Source: Kiritimatiellia bacterium (GTDB lineage: Bacteria > Verrucomicrobiota > Kiritimatiellia > RFP12 > UBA1067). From it: 64,000 nt of DNA. Shown here piece after piece: positions 9,545-18,910 of this stretch. The stretch lies in the NCBI GenBank assembly GCA_050949565.1, contig JBMNFY010000017.1, positions 1,824,001 to 1,888,000 of the forward strand, given 5' to 3'. Below the pieces are notes generated by a model that had not been told where the DNA came from, did no database searches, and saw only the letters and a list, made by a program, of their open reading frames with translations. A program made the position numbers and the translations under genes. The first letter of the stretch is position 1, and the number at the start of each line of letters is the position of its first letter.

Positions 9545-10579
9545 TTACTTCGCGCTTTCGTCTTTGCCCTTTTCCCCGATGACGACGGGAGGCTCGCCCT
9601 TGATCTTGGCGATGATCCGCTCGACGACCTCGGGGTTGTTGCGCAAGAACTCGGTGGCGGCGATTGAACCCTGGCCGATCTGTTCCGACTCGAAGCTCAA
9701 CCACGAGCCACGCTTGGCAACCACGTTGTTCGCGATCGCGGCATCGAGCACCGAGCCTTCCCATGAGATGCCGCGGTCGTAGAGAATGTCAAACTCCGCC
9801 TCGGTGAAGGGGGGCGCGACCTTGTTCTTGACGACCTTGACGCGCGTGCGATTGCCGATCACGGCACCGGCGGGGTTTTTGATCGCGCCGATGCGCTGCA
9901 CCTGCAAGCGCACCGAGGCGTAAAACTTGAGCGCCTTACCGCCGGGCGTGGTCTCGGGGTTGCCGAACATCACGCCGATCTTGTCGCGCACTTGGTTGGT
10001 GAAGAGGCAGAGGGTCTTGGTCTGCGAGATGGCGCTGGTGAGCTTGCGCATCGCCTGCGACATCAGGCGCGCCTGCAAGCCCATGTGGGCATCGCCCATG
10101 TTGCCGTCGATCTCAGCCTGCGGGGTGAGCGCCGCGACGGAGTCGATCACGACCACATCCAGCGCGCCGCTCTTGACGAGCTGCTCGGTAATGGTGAGCG
10201 CCTCTTCACCCGAGTTCGGCTGCGAGACCAGCAGATTGTCCAGATCCACGCCGATGCGGCGCGCGTAGTTGGGATCCATTGCATGCTCGGCATCGACAAA
10301 GGCCGCCAGACCACCAGCCTTCTGGGCATTTGCAATGACATGGAGCGCGAGTGTCGTCTTGCCGGAAGATTCCTGCCCGTAAACCTCGACTACGCGGCCG
10401 CGCGGCAGCCCGCCGACGCCGAGAGCGAGATCCAACGAAAACGCACCGGTGGGGATGACCGGGATGTCCTTGGAGGCTTCGGCATCCCCCATGCGCATGA
10501 TGGCCGATTCCCCAAACTCTTTACGAATCTGATTGAGGACTGCATCCAGTTGTGTATTCCCCGACTTTTTCGCGGCCAT
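9545..10579 (-). CDS. recA: Recombinase RecA
   Basis: [20 protein letters not shown] and [10 protein letters not shown] motifs. Confidence 0.99.
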   Translation of the reverse strand: MAAKKSGNTQLDAVLNQIRKEFGESAIMRMGDAEASKDIPVIPTGAFSLDLALGVGGLPRGRVVEVYGQESSGKTTLALHVIANAQKAGGLAAFVDAEHAMDPNYARRIGVDLDNLLVSQPNSGEEALTITEQLVKSGALDVVVIDSVAALTPQAEIDGNMGDAHMGLQARLMSQAMRKLTSAISQTKTLCLFTNQVRDKIGVMFGNPETTPGGKALKFYASVRLQVQRIGAIKNPAGAVIGNRTRVKVVKNKVAPPFTEAEFDILYDRGISWEGSVLDAAIANNVVAKRGSWLSFESEQIGQGSIAATEFLRNNPEVVERIIAKIKGEPPVVIGEKGKDESAK

Positions 10580-10801
10580 GACTCACTCCTTGCTCTGTGT
10601 TGAAAAAACGGGGACCACGATACCAAAAATGCCCCCCAGAGTGGAGCGTTTTCTATCAAGCGAACCCGAACTGACGAGATAGCAGATTTTGCGTGATGAT
10701 TTGTCAGGATGCCTCGGTTTTGATTTAATGGACGTTCAATTTTTTTCAAGACGCATTAGAAACGCAAAGGTCGCGCCTCGCAAGAGCGTGAAGAGTGTCA
10801 C

Positions 10802-13498
10802 ATGGATAAGCATTACGATCCGAAGTCTGTCGAGAACAAATGGTACGCATGGTGGGAGCAAAACGGGCTGTTTCATGACGAGGCCGCGCGGGGTGGTACG
10901 CCCTACAGTGTCGTCATCCCGCCACCGAATGTGACCGGCATCCTGCACATGGGCCACGCGCTCAACAACACGATCCAGGACGTGCTGGTGCGTTGGCGTC
11001 GCATGCAGGGGCGCAACACGGTCTGGATGCCGGGCACCGACCACGCAGGTATCGCCACGCAGAATGTGGTGGAGAAGGCACTGCGCAAGGAAGGTCTCTC
11101 GCGGCGCGATCTCGGACGCGAGGCGTTTCTGGCGCGCGTGTGGGAGTGGCGCAAGGAGTACGGCGGCACGATTGTGCGCCAGCTCCGTCAGCTCGGGGCA
11201 AGCTGCGACTGGTCGCGTGAGCGTTTCACCATGGATGAAGGGCTGAGCGCGGCGGTGGCCGAGGTGTTCTGCCGGCTCTACGACGAGGGACTCATCTATC
11301 GCGGCAACTATATCGTCAACTGGTGCCCGCGCTGCCATACCGCGCTGTCGGATGAGGAGAGCGAACATCAGGACACTCAAGGCCATCTCTGGCACATCCG
11401 TTACCCGATTCCGGGCGGCGGCGAGGTGGTGGTCGCGACCACACGTCCCGAGACCATGCTGGGCGACACCGCCGTGGCCGTCAATCCGGCGGACGAGCGT
11501 TATCAGGACCTGATCGGCAAGAGCGTGACGCTGCCGCTCATGAACCGCGAGATACCGGTTGTTGCGGACGACTATGTGGACCGCGCTTTCGGTACGGGCG
11601 TCGTGAAGATCACGCCCGCGCACGACCCGAATGACTTTCAGGTAGCGCTGCGCCACAATCTGCCGATGCTGAATGTCATGAATGGCGACGGCACGATGAA
11701 CGAAGAAGCCGGACCGTACGCCGGTATGGATCGTTTCGCCTGCCGCAAGCAGGTGATCGCCGACCTCGAAGCGCAGGGGTTGCTGGTCAAGACCGATCCG
11801 CATCAACACGCGGTCGGCCACTGCTACCGCTGCGACACGGTGGTCGAGCCGCGCCTCTCCAAACAGTGGTTTGTGCGTATGAAGCCGCTTGCCGAGCCGG
11901 CCATCGAGGCCGTGCGCACCGGCAAGATCGTCTTTGTGCCGCAGCGCTGGGAGAAGACCTATTTCGAGTGGATGGAGAATATCCGTGACTGGTGCATCTC
12001 GCGCCAGATTTGGTGGGGGCACCGCATCCCGGTTTACACCTGTACGCCGTGCGGACATGAGTGGGCGGCCAAGACTGCGCCGAACACCTGTCCGAAATGC
12101 GGCGCCGCAGCGGACCAGATCACGCAGGATGAGGATGTGCTCGACACCTGGTTCTCCTCGTGGCTCTGGCCCTTCAGCACTTTCGGCTGGCCCGCAGACC
12201 ACCCCGACCTGAAGTTCTACTATCCGACCACCGACCTGACCACCGCGCCGGACATCCTCTTCTTCTGGGTCGCGCGCATGATCATGGCCGGTTGTAAGTT
12301 CATGGGCGACGTGCCCTTCCGCACGGTCTATCTGCACGGCACGGTGCGCGATGACAAAGGGCGTAAGATGAGCAAGAGCCTGGGTAACTCCATCGACCCG
12401 CTCGACATCATCGAGACCTACAGCGCCGACTCGCTGCGCTTCAGCCTGATGCTGATCACTTCCACCGGCATGGACGTCTACGTCAACATGGAAAAGTTCG
12501 AGATCGGGCGCAACTTTGCGACCAAGATTTGGAACGCCGCGCGTTTCATGCGGATGCACATGGAGAAGCTGCCCGACACAGACTGGCGCGCGCTGGCCAA
12601 CGGCGAGTTGACGCTCGATCCGGCGCTGTTGCGCGATGACGATCGTCACATGCTCGCCACCTGCGAGAGCGCCGTGCGCAATGTGACCGGACATCTGGAG
12701 GCGTTCCGCCTGCAAGACGGCGCGCTCGCGATTTACGATGTCGTCTGGAGCCAGTTCTGCGACTGGTATCTCGAATACGCCAAGCAGGACCTGAACGGCG
12801 CGGACGAGGCGCGTCGCCGCCAAGTGCTGGCCGTGATGACCGATGTCTTCGCCAAGGCGCTCAAGCTGCTGCATCCTTACATGCCGTTCATCACCGAAGA
12901 GCTATGGCATCAGATGGGTTACGCTGCCGAATCCGAAAGCATCATGCGCGCGCCGTGGCCCGTACCCTACACCGACGCGCAGCGTGAGGCATGGGGATTG
13001 AGCGACGAGGTCACTGCCTACGTCAATGCCCGGCGCGAACTGGTCACCGCCGGTCGCGCACTACGCGCCGACTACAACGTCGCGCCCTCTAAGTTTCTCC
13101 ACTACATCATTCAGGCGACGGACGATGAAACGGCCGACCGTCTGAAGGCCGACGCCGAAACGCTCAAACAGCAGTTGCGCTCGGACAATCTGGAGGTTGT
13201 CGCGGGCGGCGGCGAGAAAGCCATGCCCGGTACGCTCTGCAAGCTCGGCACCGTTTATCTGCCGCTCGAAGGGCTGGTCGATATCGAAGCCGAAAGCGCG
13301 CGCGTGAAGGCCGAACTGGACAAGACGCGCGGTTTCCTCAAAGGTGTCGAAGCCAAGCTCAGCAACGAAGGGTTCGTGGCCAAGGCGCCCGCGGCCGTGA
13401 TCGAGCAGCAGCGCGTCAGACAGAAAGAACTGACCGAAACGGTCGCACGGCTGGAGAAACTGCTCGCGACGTTCAACGCCGCGAAAAACAACGAATAG
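10802..13498 (+). CDS. valS: Valine--tRNA ligase
   Basis: PPPNVTGILHMGH, DWCISRQ and KMSKS motifs, plus a C-terminal coiled coil. Confidence 0.99.
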   Translation: MDKHYDPKSVENKWYAWWEQNGLFHDEAARGGTPYSVVIPPPNVTGILHMGHALNNTIQDVLVRWRRMQGRNTVWMPGTDHAGIATQNVVEKALRKEGLSRRDLGREAFLARVWEWRKEYGGTIVRQLRQLGASCDWSRERFTMDEGLSAAVAEVFCRLYDEGLIYRGNYIVNWCPRCHTALSDEESEHQDTQGHLWHIRYPIPGGGEVVVATTRPETMLGDTAVAVNPADERYQDLIGKSVTLPLMNREIPVVADDYVDRAFGTGVVKITPAHDPNDFQVALRHNLPMLNVMNGDGTMNEEAGPYAGMDRFACRKQVIADLEAQGLLVKTDPHQHAVGHCYRCDTVVEPRLSKQWFVRMKPLAEPAIEAVRTGKIVFVPQRWEKTYFEWMENIRDWCISRQIWWGHRIPVYTCTPCGHEWAAKTAPNTCPKCGAAADQITQDEDVLDTWFSSWLWPFSTFGWPADHPDLKFYYPTTDLTTAPDILFFWVARMIMAGCKFMGDVPFRTVYLHGTVRDDKGRKMSKSLGNSIDPLDIIETYSADSLRFSLMLITSTGMDVYVNMEKFEIGRNFATKIWNAARFMRMHMEKLPDTDWRALANGELTLDPALLRDDDRHMLATCESAVRNVTGHLEAFRLQDGALAIYDVVWSQFCDWYLEYAKQDLNGADEARRRQVLAVMTDVFAKALKLLHPYMPFITEELWHQMGYAAESESIMRAPWPVPYTDAQREAWGLSDEVTAYVNARRELVTAGRALRADYNVAPSKFLHYIIQATDDETADRLKADAETLKQQLRSDNLEVVAGGGEKAMPGTLCKLGTVYLPLEGLVDIEAESARVKAELDKTRGFLKGVEAKLSNEGFVAKAPAAVIEQQRVRQKELTETVARLEKLLATFNAAKNNE

Positions 13499-13527
13499 AG
13501 CAAAAAAAACGTATCCTGCTTTTACCA

Positions 13528-13567
13528 GAAACGCATGATCTTCGCACGCCCCTGTCACTAACCGATG
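13528..13567 (+). repeat. Orphan copy of MITE-like end A (GAAACGCATGATCTTCGCAC.CCC.TGTCACTAACCGAT)
   Basis: Near-identical to 43296-43338 and related to the reverse complement of 36784-36826. Confidence 0.85.
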
Positions 13568-13672
13568 GTCACTAGCGATTAAGAAAAAAATTTCACGCGG
13601 GTTGACCATGCTAGGGGCGGTATGATACGCTGAACCCTCTTTTTTCACGTTGATAGATAGGAGACGATAACC

Positions 13673-13810
13673 ATGAAGATGATGTGGCAGCCTTCGAAGA
13701 TCAAGCGTGCGCGCAAGATCGGATTTCGCGCCCGCATGGCCACCCGGGGCGGACGCGCGATTATCCGGGCCCGCCGTCGTAAGGGGCGCACTCGCCTGAC
13801 GCAGGTGTAA
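13673..13810 (+). CDS. rpmH: 50S ribosomal protein L34
   Basis: [45 protein letters not shown]. Below the ORF-track cutoff. RBS AGGAG, and it precedes rnpA. Confidence 0.97.
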   Translation: MKMMWQPSKIKRARKIGFRARMATRGGRAIIRARRRKGRTRLTQV

Positions 13811-13815
13811 GGCCC

Positions 13816-14238
13816 ATGCCTGAGGGCGTCATGAACGGTCCCGAAGTAAAGGAGAACGGCGCGTTGCCGTTGTCTGGACCGTTCCGACTGGACGCTTCCA
13901 AGTATGCGCGTATCTTCGCACAGCGGCGGACGGTCTATGGACGGACGTTGGCTATGTGGGTGACGCGCGGGACTGACGCCGGCCGCCAGGCCGGCGTTGT
14001 CGTTTCCAAAAAGACATTCCGGCGCGCGGTGGATCGCAACCGGGCCAAGCGCTTGCTGCGCGAGGCGTTCCGGTTGAGCCGCCACCGCCTGGCACCGGAT
14101 GTTGACGTGATTTTGATCGCGCGCGCGGGAATCGCCGGCAAGCGGTGCCAAGAGGTCATGAGGGATCTGGAAGCACTGTACGTACGCGCGAAAGTGACGG
14201 ATCGGCCAGCCGATGCGGACCGTTCCGAACGGAGATGA
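13816..14238 (+). CDS. rnpA: Ribonuclease P protein component
   Basis: GVVVSKK..AVDRNRAKRLLRE motif and operon context. Confidence 0.95.
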   Translation: MPEGVMNGPEVKENGALPLSGPFRLDASKYARIFAQRRTVYGRTLAMWVTRGTDAGRQAGVVVSKKTFRRAVDRNRAKRLLREAFRLSRHRLAPDVDVILIARAGIAGKRCQEVMRDLEALYVRAKVTDRPADADRSERR

Positions 14239-14250
14239 CGGAGGGCGCAC

Positions 14251-14505
14251 ATGGGCCGGATTGTGAGCGCCGTCAGCCGGGCGGTGAGCGGGATGCTGAT
14301 CCTGCTCGTGCGAGCCTATCAGGTGGTGCTGTCGCCGCATCTCGGGCGGTGTTGCCGCTTCGAGCCGACCTGCTCCGCCTACTGCATTGAGGCACTCCGG
14401 ACGCACGGTGTTTTCAAGGGGTGCCTGCTGACGTTGCGGCGCGTGATGCGCTGTCGGCCGTTCGGGCCATCGGGTTACGACCCGGTGCCGCCCAAAAAGC
14501 CGTGA
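14251..14505 (+). CDS. yidD: Membrane protein insertion efficiency factor
   Basis: CRFEPTCSAY, RCRPF and GYDPVP motifs. Confidence 0.95.
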   Translation: MGRIVSAVSRAVSGMLILLVRAYQVVLSPHLGRCCRFEPTCSAYCIEALRTHGVFKGCLLTLRRVMRCRPFGPSGYDPVPPKKP

Positions 14506-14522
14506 TTGGGTTTTGAGGAATT

Positions 14523-16331
14523 ATGAATAATCAAGAGCGGACTATCGCGATTTTGTTGGGCCTGACGCTGGTTGGGTGGATGTTCTACAGCAACAAGCAG
14601 GCGGCCCAGCGCGCCCGCGAGGCGGCACTGAACGCCCCGCCTCCGGCTAGTGAGACGACCGACCCCGACGCGGTACTGCCCCCGACGCAGACGGCGCTGG
14701 CCGCCACGTCTGAAACCCCGCTGCAGCCGGAAGCCGAGGCCGCACCGCCCGCGCCGCCCTCGCAACCGGAAGAGATCGTCACCCTGAACGGCGGCGAGAT
14801 GACGCTCGCGCTCTCGTCGCATGGTGCGGTGATTAAGCAGGTCACGCTGAGCCGCTACCTGAGCGAGCCGGGCGGGGCATCGGACAGCAATCCGCCGGTC
14901 ACGCTCGACTTCGCGAATGCGCCGAGCCTTGAGTGTTCCGGTCTGCCGGGACTCGCCCCGAACGCCGCCTACAGCGTGACGCGCGAGGAGAGTGGCAAAG
15001 CAGCCGCCTTCTCCACGAAGACCGCGCAGGGGTTGGCGTTGACGCGCCGCATCGAATTGCTGGATAACTATCAGGTGAAGGTCACGGACACGCTGCGTAA
15101 CGAGGGCACGGATCTGGCGCGGCTCGGTACCAACAGCGTGACAATCGGTGCGATGCAGCGCGGCACCTCTAAGAACGATATGCTGTCGATCGACTCGTTA
15201 CCCGCGTTTGCCAAGGCCAAGGTGCATCACTGGGACAGCGAGAAGGCCACCAAGCAGTATCTCGTGGGCGGCACGGCGGGCGGCTGCCGCGGCAAGGTGT
15301 CGGCCGCAGGCATGCCGGAGCGCATCACGGTACCGGTGATCGAGCCGCAGGCGTGGGTGGCGATCAAGTCGCGCTTTTTCGTGACCGGATTCTCGTCGGG
15401 CGACGCCAACTGCGGTTTTACGGCCACGATGACCCGCGATACGGCGCAGCAGATCTATGCGCTCAACGAGGTCTCGGCGCGCGTGTTCTTCCCCGGAAGC
15501 GTGCTGGGGGCGGGCGAGACGGCGACACGCGAGTACGCGCTCTACATCGGTCCCAAGAAGTTGTCGTTGCTGCAGCAACTCGGCAACGGCATGGACGCGG
15601 TGATGCAGTTCGGAACCTTCGCTTGGTTTTGCAAGCTGTTGGTGCCGACGCTAAACTTCTTCCACCGCCTGATTCCGGATTACGGTATTGCTATCATCCT
15701 GCTGACCTTCTTGGTGCGCATCATCTTCTGGCCGCTCACCCACAGTAGCACGGTCAGCATGAAGAAAATGCAAGAACTCCAGCCAAAGTTGAAGGAGCTT
15801 CAGACCAAATTCAAAGACAACCCGCAGAAGATGCAGCAAGAAACTTGGGCGCTCTACCGCGAAAACAAGGTCAATCCGTTGTCGAGTTGCCTGCCGATGC
15901 TGATTCAGATTCCGGTCTTCATTGCACTCTTCACCGTGTTGCGCAGCGCTGTCGAACTGCGTTACGCCCCTTTTCTCTGGATCGCGGATTTGAGCGAACC
16001 GGAGAATCTGCTGGCCGGTGTGCTGCCGATCCCGCTGAACATCCTGCCGATTCTGATGTCGGGTACCATGGCGTTGCAGAGTTACCTCACGCCGTCGACG
16101 GGCGATCCGCAGCAGCAGAAGATGATGATGGTCATGATGCCGGTGATGATGTTATTAATGTTCTACAACTTTCCTTCGGCCCTTGCGCTCTATTGGACGG
16201 TGAGCCAGATACTGGCGATCATACAGATGATCGTCATCCGTCGCAAGACCGCACGCGCCGGGCAGGGACCGGGCGACGGCGTGACGCCGGAAGTGCCGCT
16301 TACGCGCCAGCAACGGCGGCATGCGCCCTGA
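14523..16331 (+). CDS. yidC: Membrane protein insertase YidC
   Basis: LYIGPK, YGIAIILLT, MQELQPK, NPLSSCLPMLIQIPVF and FLWIADLS motifs. Confidence 0.97.
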   Translation: MNNQERTIAILLGLTLVGWMFYSNKQAAQRAREAALNAPPPASETTDPDAVLPPTQTALAATSETPLQPEAEAAPPAPPSQPEEIVTLNGGEMTLALSSHGAVIKQVTLSRYLSEPGGASDSNPPVTLDFANAPSLECSGLPGLAPNAAYSVTREESGKAAAFSTKTAQGLALTRRIELLDNYQVKVTDTLRNEGTDLARLGTNSVTIGAMQRGTSKNDMLSIDSLPAFAKAKVHHWDSEKATKQYLVGGTAGGCRGKVSAAGMPERITVPVIEPQAWVAIKSRFFVTGFSSGDANCGFTATMTRDTAQQIYALNEVSARVFFPGSVLGAGETATREYALYIGPKKLSLLQQLGNGMDAVMQFGTFAWFCKLLVPTLNFFHRLIPDYGIAIILLTFLVRIIFWPLTHSSTVSMKKMQELQPKLKELQTKFKDNPQKMQQETWALYRENKVNPLSSCLPMLIQIPVFIALFTVLRSAVELRYAPFLWIADLSEPENLLAGVLPIPLNILPILMSGTMALQSYLTPSTGDPQQQKMMMVMMPVMMLLMFYNFPSALALYWTVSQILAIIQMIVIRRKTARAGQGPGDGVTPEVPLTRQQRRHAP

Positions 16332-16344
16332 GGAGAAACACACT

Positions 16345-16926
16345 ATGAAGTCTACTAAAACATCCATTCCACTCGTATTGGGCTCCGCCTCAACTCGGCG
16401 CAGCAAAGTTCTGAGCACCTTGGGCTGCACCTTTGAAATATGCCCCGTGGAAGCGGAAGAGATCCGTAATCCCGCCGATCCCGTTCACACGGTGGTGACG
16501 AATGCAGCCGCAAAATACAACGTCTGCCGTACCCGGCGGCCTGACGCCGCGATCATCGCGGCCGATACGCTGGTGTGGTTCGAGGGCCGTCTGATCGGCA
16601 AACCCGTCGACATCAAAGAGGCGGCGGCTTTCCTGCGCGCCTTCTCCGGTCGTGCACAGGTCGTCTACACCGGCCTGGCGATGGGATTGCCGGGGAAAGA
16701 GCCCGATCTGCGTGTCGAGGCCACGTCCGTCCGTTTCAAGCCGCTGACCGAAGCGACAATCCAGACCTATCTCGAACAGACGCGCCCGTTCGACCGCGCC
16801 GGCGCGTACGACATCGACGAGAACGGCGAACTGCTGATCGCCGGCACGAGCGGCTCCTACACCAACGTCATGGGCCTGCCCGAAGCCCCTGTGCGCGACT
16901 GGCTAGCCGCGAACGGTTTCATTTGA
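16345..16926 (+). CDS. maf: Maf family nucleoside triphosphate pyrophosphatase
   Basis: LVLGSASTRR, IAADT, DRAGAY and NVMGLP motifs. Confidence 0.9.
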   Translation: MKSTKTSIPLVLGSASTRRSKVLSTLGCTFEICPVEAEEIRNPADPVHTVVTNAAAKYNVCRTRRPDAAIIAADTLVWFEGRLIGKPVDIKEAAAFLRAFSGRAQVVYTGLAMGLPGKEPDLRVEATSVRFKPLTEATIQTYLEQTRPFDRAGAYDIDENGELLIAGTSGSYTNVMGLPEAPVRDWLAANGFI

Positions 16927-18130
16927 GCGGATCAAGCCAATGCCGCACAGGCTGCGAGAGGAACTCTTCTAGGGCGATACCGTCCCCGCCGACCAGCAGG
17001 CAGCGTTGCGGCTTAAATGCCTGTGCGAAGGCCACTGTGCCGGCATGCACCGTCGGCGTGCGTCCACTCTTGACCTCGATCGCCGTCAGACGGCGACCTC
17101 TCTGGGCGACAAAGTCCACCTCTTGGTTGCCGTCGCGCCAATAATGCAACCGGCAGTCGCCGCACAGGGCCGCGTTGGCTAGATGCGCACCGACGGCGGA
17201 CTCCACCAGCCACCCCCAGAACGCATGATCTACACGGGCCTCGGCCAGCGTCATGCCGCTCATGGCGGTCATGAGTGCGGTGTTGAGCACCTGCAGCTTC
17301 GGGCTGGAACCCCGGCTACGCGCCACGTCCCCGGCGTACTTCTGCAAACCGCAGACCATACCGGCCCCGGTCAGGAGTTTCAAGTAGTGGGCGAGCGTGG
17401 TGGTGTTGCCGGCATCCTGCAACTGCCCCAGCATCTTGGTGTACGAGAGCACCTGCCCCGAATAGCGGCAGGCCAGCTCAAAGAGCCGACGCAGGAGCGC
17501 CGGTTTGTCCACGCGGGTCAGCAGCAGCACATCGCGGGAGATCGAGGTCTCGATCAGACTGTCCATAACGTAGCGCGCCCAGCGTTCATGGTCGCCGATC
17601 AGCGGCGCCGCTCCCGGATAGCCCCCGTAGAAGACAAACTGTTCAAGAGACCAGCCAAAGGCCGTCCGCATCTCGCCATAACTCCAATGGGACAGAAAGA
17701 TCACCTCAAAACGACCGGTCAGGCTCTCGGTGAGCCCCTGAGTGATCAGAAGCGGCGCCGATCCCAGCAGCACGACACGCAACGGTCGCCTCGCGCGGGT
17801 GTCCTCGTCCCACAAGCGCTTGACGGTCTCCGACCAGCCGGTGATCTTCTGGATTTCGTCGAGCACCAGCACTGCACCGGCTGGAACCATGGCCAGTCGC
17901 GCCGCCTCCCACTGCTGGGCGATCCACTCTCCTCCGCGCAGCGTGGGCTCATCCGCGCTGGCATAGCGGACGGGCAGTTCCAGCCGTTCGACCACCTGCT
18001 GTACTAGCGTGGATTTGCCCACCTGGCGCGGCCCCGCTAAAACCTGAATGAACCGGCGCGGCTCGGCCAGCCGCTCCGCAAGCGCCGCCCCCTGCGGGCG
18101 CTCATAGGGTTGAGTGTTTTTGCCCTTCAT
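16919..18130 (-). CDS. AAA_14 ATPase with DUF4143 / PD-(D/E)XK-like C-terminus
   Basis: GPRQVGKST, LDEIQK, LGS, ESLTGR, YGGYP, LVES, YWR..EVDF..IEVKSG motifs. Confidence 0.9.
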   Translation of the reverse strand: MKGKNTQPYERPQGAALAERLAEPRRFIQVLAGPRQVGKSTLVQQVVERLELPVRYASADEPTLRGGEWIAQQWEAARLAMVPAGAVLVLDEIQKITGWSETVKRLWDEDTRARRPLRVVLLGSAPLLITQGLTESLTGRFEVIFLSHWSYGEMRTAFGWSLEQFVFYGGYPGAAPLIGDHERWARYVMDSLIETSISRDVLLLTRVDKPALLRRLFELACRYSGQVLSYTKMLGQLQDAGNTTTLAHYLKLLTGAGMVCGLQKYAGDVARSRGSSPKLQVLNTALMTAMSGMTLAEARVDHAFWGWLVESAVGAHLANAALCGDCRLHYWRDGNQEVDFVAQRGRRLTAIEVKSGRTPTVHAGTVAFAQAFKPQRCLLVGGDGIALEEFLSQPVRHWLDPLK

Positions 18131-18166
18131 ATTGAGTATTTTTACTCAATATGTTGAGCATGTCAA
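18128..18166 (-). promoter_or_regulatory. Promoter TTGACA-N16-TAAAAA with a perfect palindromic operator over the start codon
   Basis: CATATTGAGTA-TTTT-TACTCAATATG (18128-18153). TTGACA on the minus strand at 18166-18161. Confidence 0.65.
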
Positions 18167-18184
18167 GCGGAAGCCCCCAAAAAC

Positions 18185-18335
18185 CCTCTGCGGAATCTGT
18201 GCCATCTGTGGATAAAACCGAACCATGAAACACATGAAACTTCATGAAAAGTGAAGGCTTTTCTTGGTGCTCTTGGCGGCTCCAAACCCCGAGCCATGCC
18301 CCCCAAAGACCTCTGCGTCTCTGCGTTAAAAAAAC
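18185..18335. repeat. Intergenic stack of four unrelated short tandem-repeat modules
   Basis: ctctgcggaatctgtgccatctgtggataaaa | catgaaacacatgaaacttcatgaaa | tcttggtgctcttggcgg | ctctgcgtctctgcgttaaaa. Confidence 0.8.
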
Positions 18336-18368
18336 CGAGCCATGCACGAAAACCAGCGCTTTTCGCGT

Positions 18369-18758
18369 TCAATTGCTTGCCTTGTGCTTGAGCGCGATCG
18401 CCTCAAGCTCGACGCGTGCGCATCTCGGCAGGCGTGCCACTTGGACAGTCGAGCGCGCCGGTCGGTGGTCGCCGAACATCTCGCCGTAGACCTTGTTGAC
18501 AGCCGGAAAGTCACCGATGTCGGTCAGGAAGAGCGTGGTTTTCACCACCCTATCAAGGCCGGAGCCGGCCGCCTCCAGCACAGCGCGCAGATTGAGCAAG
18601 ACACGCATCATCTGCTCTGCGGCGCCGACCACCTCAATCTCGCCGGAAGCGGGATTGATCGCAAGCTGTCCCGAGCAAAAAATGAATCCATTGGCCTCAA
18701 TAGCCTGCGCATAAGGGCCGATCGCCTCAGGGGCTTCCGGCGTACTAATAACCTTCAT
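18369..18758 (-). CDS. ridA: RidA/YjgF enamine deaminase
   Basis: APEAIGPYAQA, CSGQ, PARSTVQVARLP and VELEAIA motifs. Confidence 0.93.
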   Translation of the reverse strand: MKVISTPEAPEAIGPYAQAIEANGFIFCSGQLAINPASGEIEVVGAAEQMMRVLLNLRAVLEAAGSGLDRVVKTTLFLTDIGDFPAVNKVYGEMFGDHRPARSTVQVARLPRCARVELEAIALKHKASN

Positions 18759-18910
18759 GGTCTTTCTCCTCTTCCTCTGGGGGATGGTTCGTCAGGGAAA
18801 GATAGCCCCGGGCATCTGTAAAGACAAGAAGGAAAACGGGGAAACCACCGCTTCGGTTGACGGGTGTTTGCTTATAGTGATAAATTCCTCACAGATTCTA
18901 TTTTGTTACA

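Noticed and set aside
10580-10800. Possible ncRNA (6S-like) in the recA-valS divergent spacer
   Set aside because: I could not build a convincing long hairpin or match a known motif by eye. An Rfam/Infernal search would decide.
10736-12874. Long antisense ORFs (712 aa opposite valS; also 7845-9125, 25335-26633, 59181-60407)
   Set aside because: These are shadow frames from high GC3 codon bias opposite clearly identified genes, with no recognisable motifs.
13500-13670. oriC next to rpmH
   Set aside because: There is no dnaA and no cluster of TTATCCACA boxes. The two TTATCCACA matches seen (near 18207 and 23760, minus strand) belong to a repeat module.
18760-18900. Riboswitch upstream of ridA
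   Set aside because: No recognisable aptamer consensus by eye.
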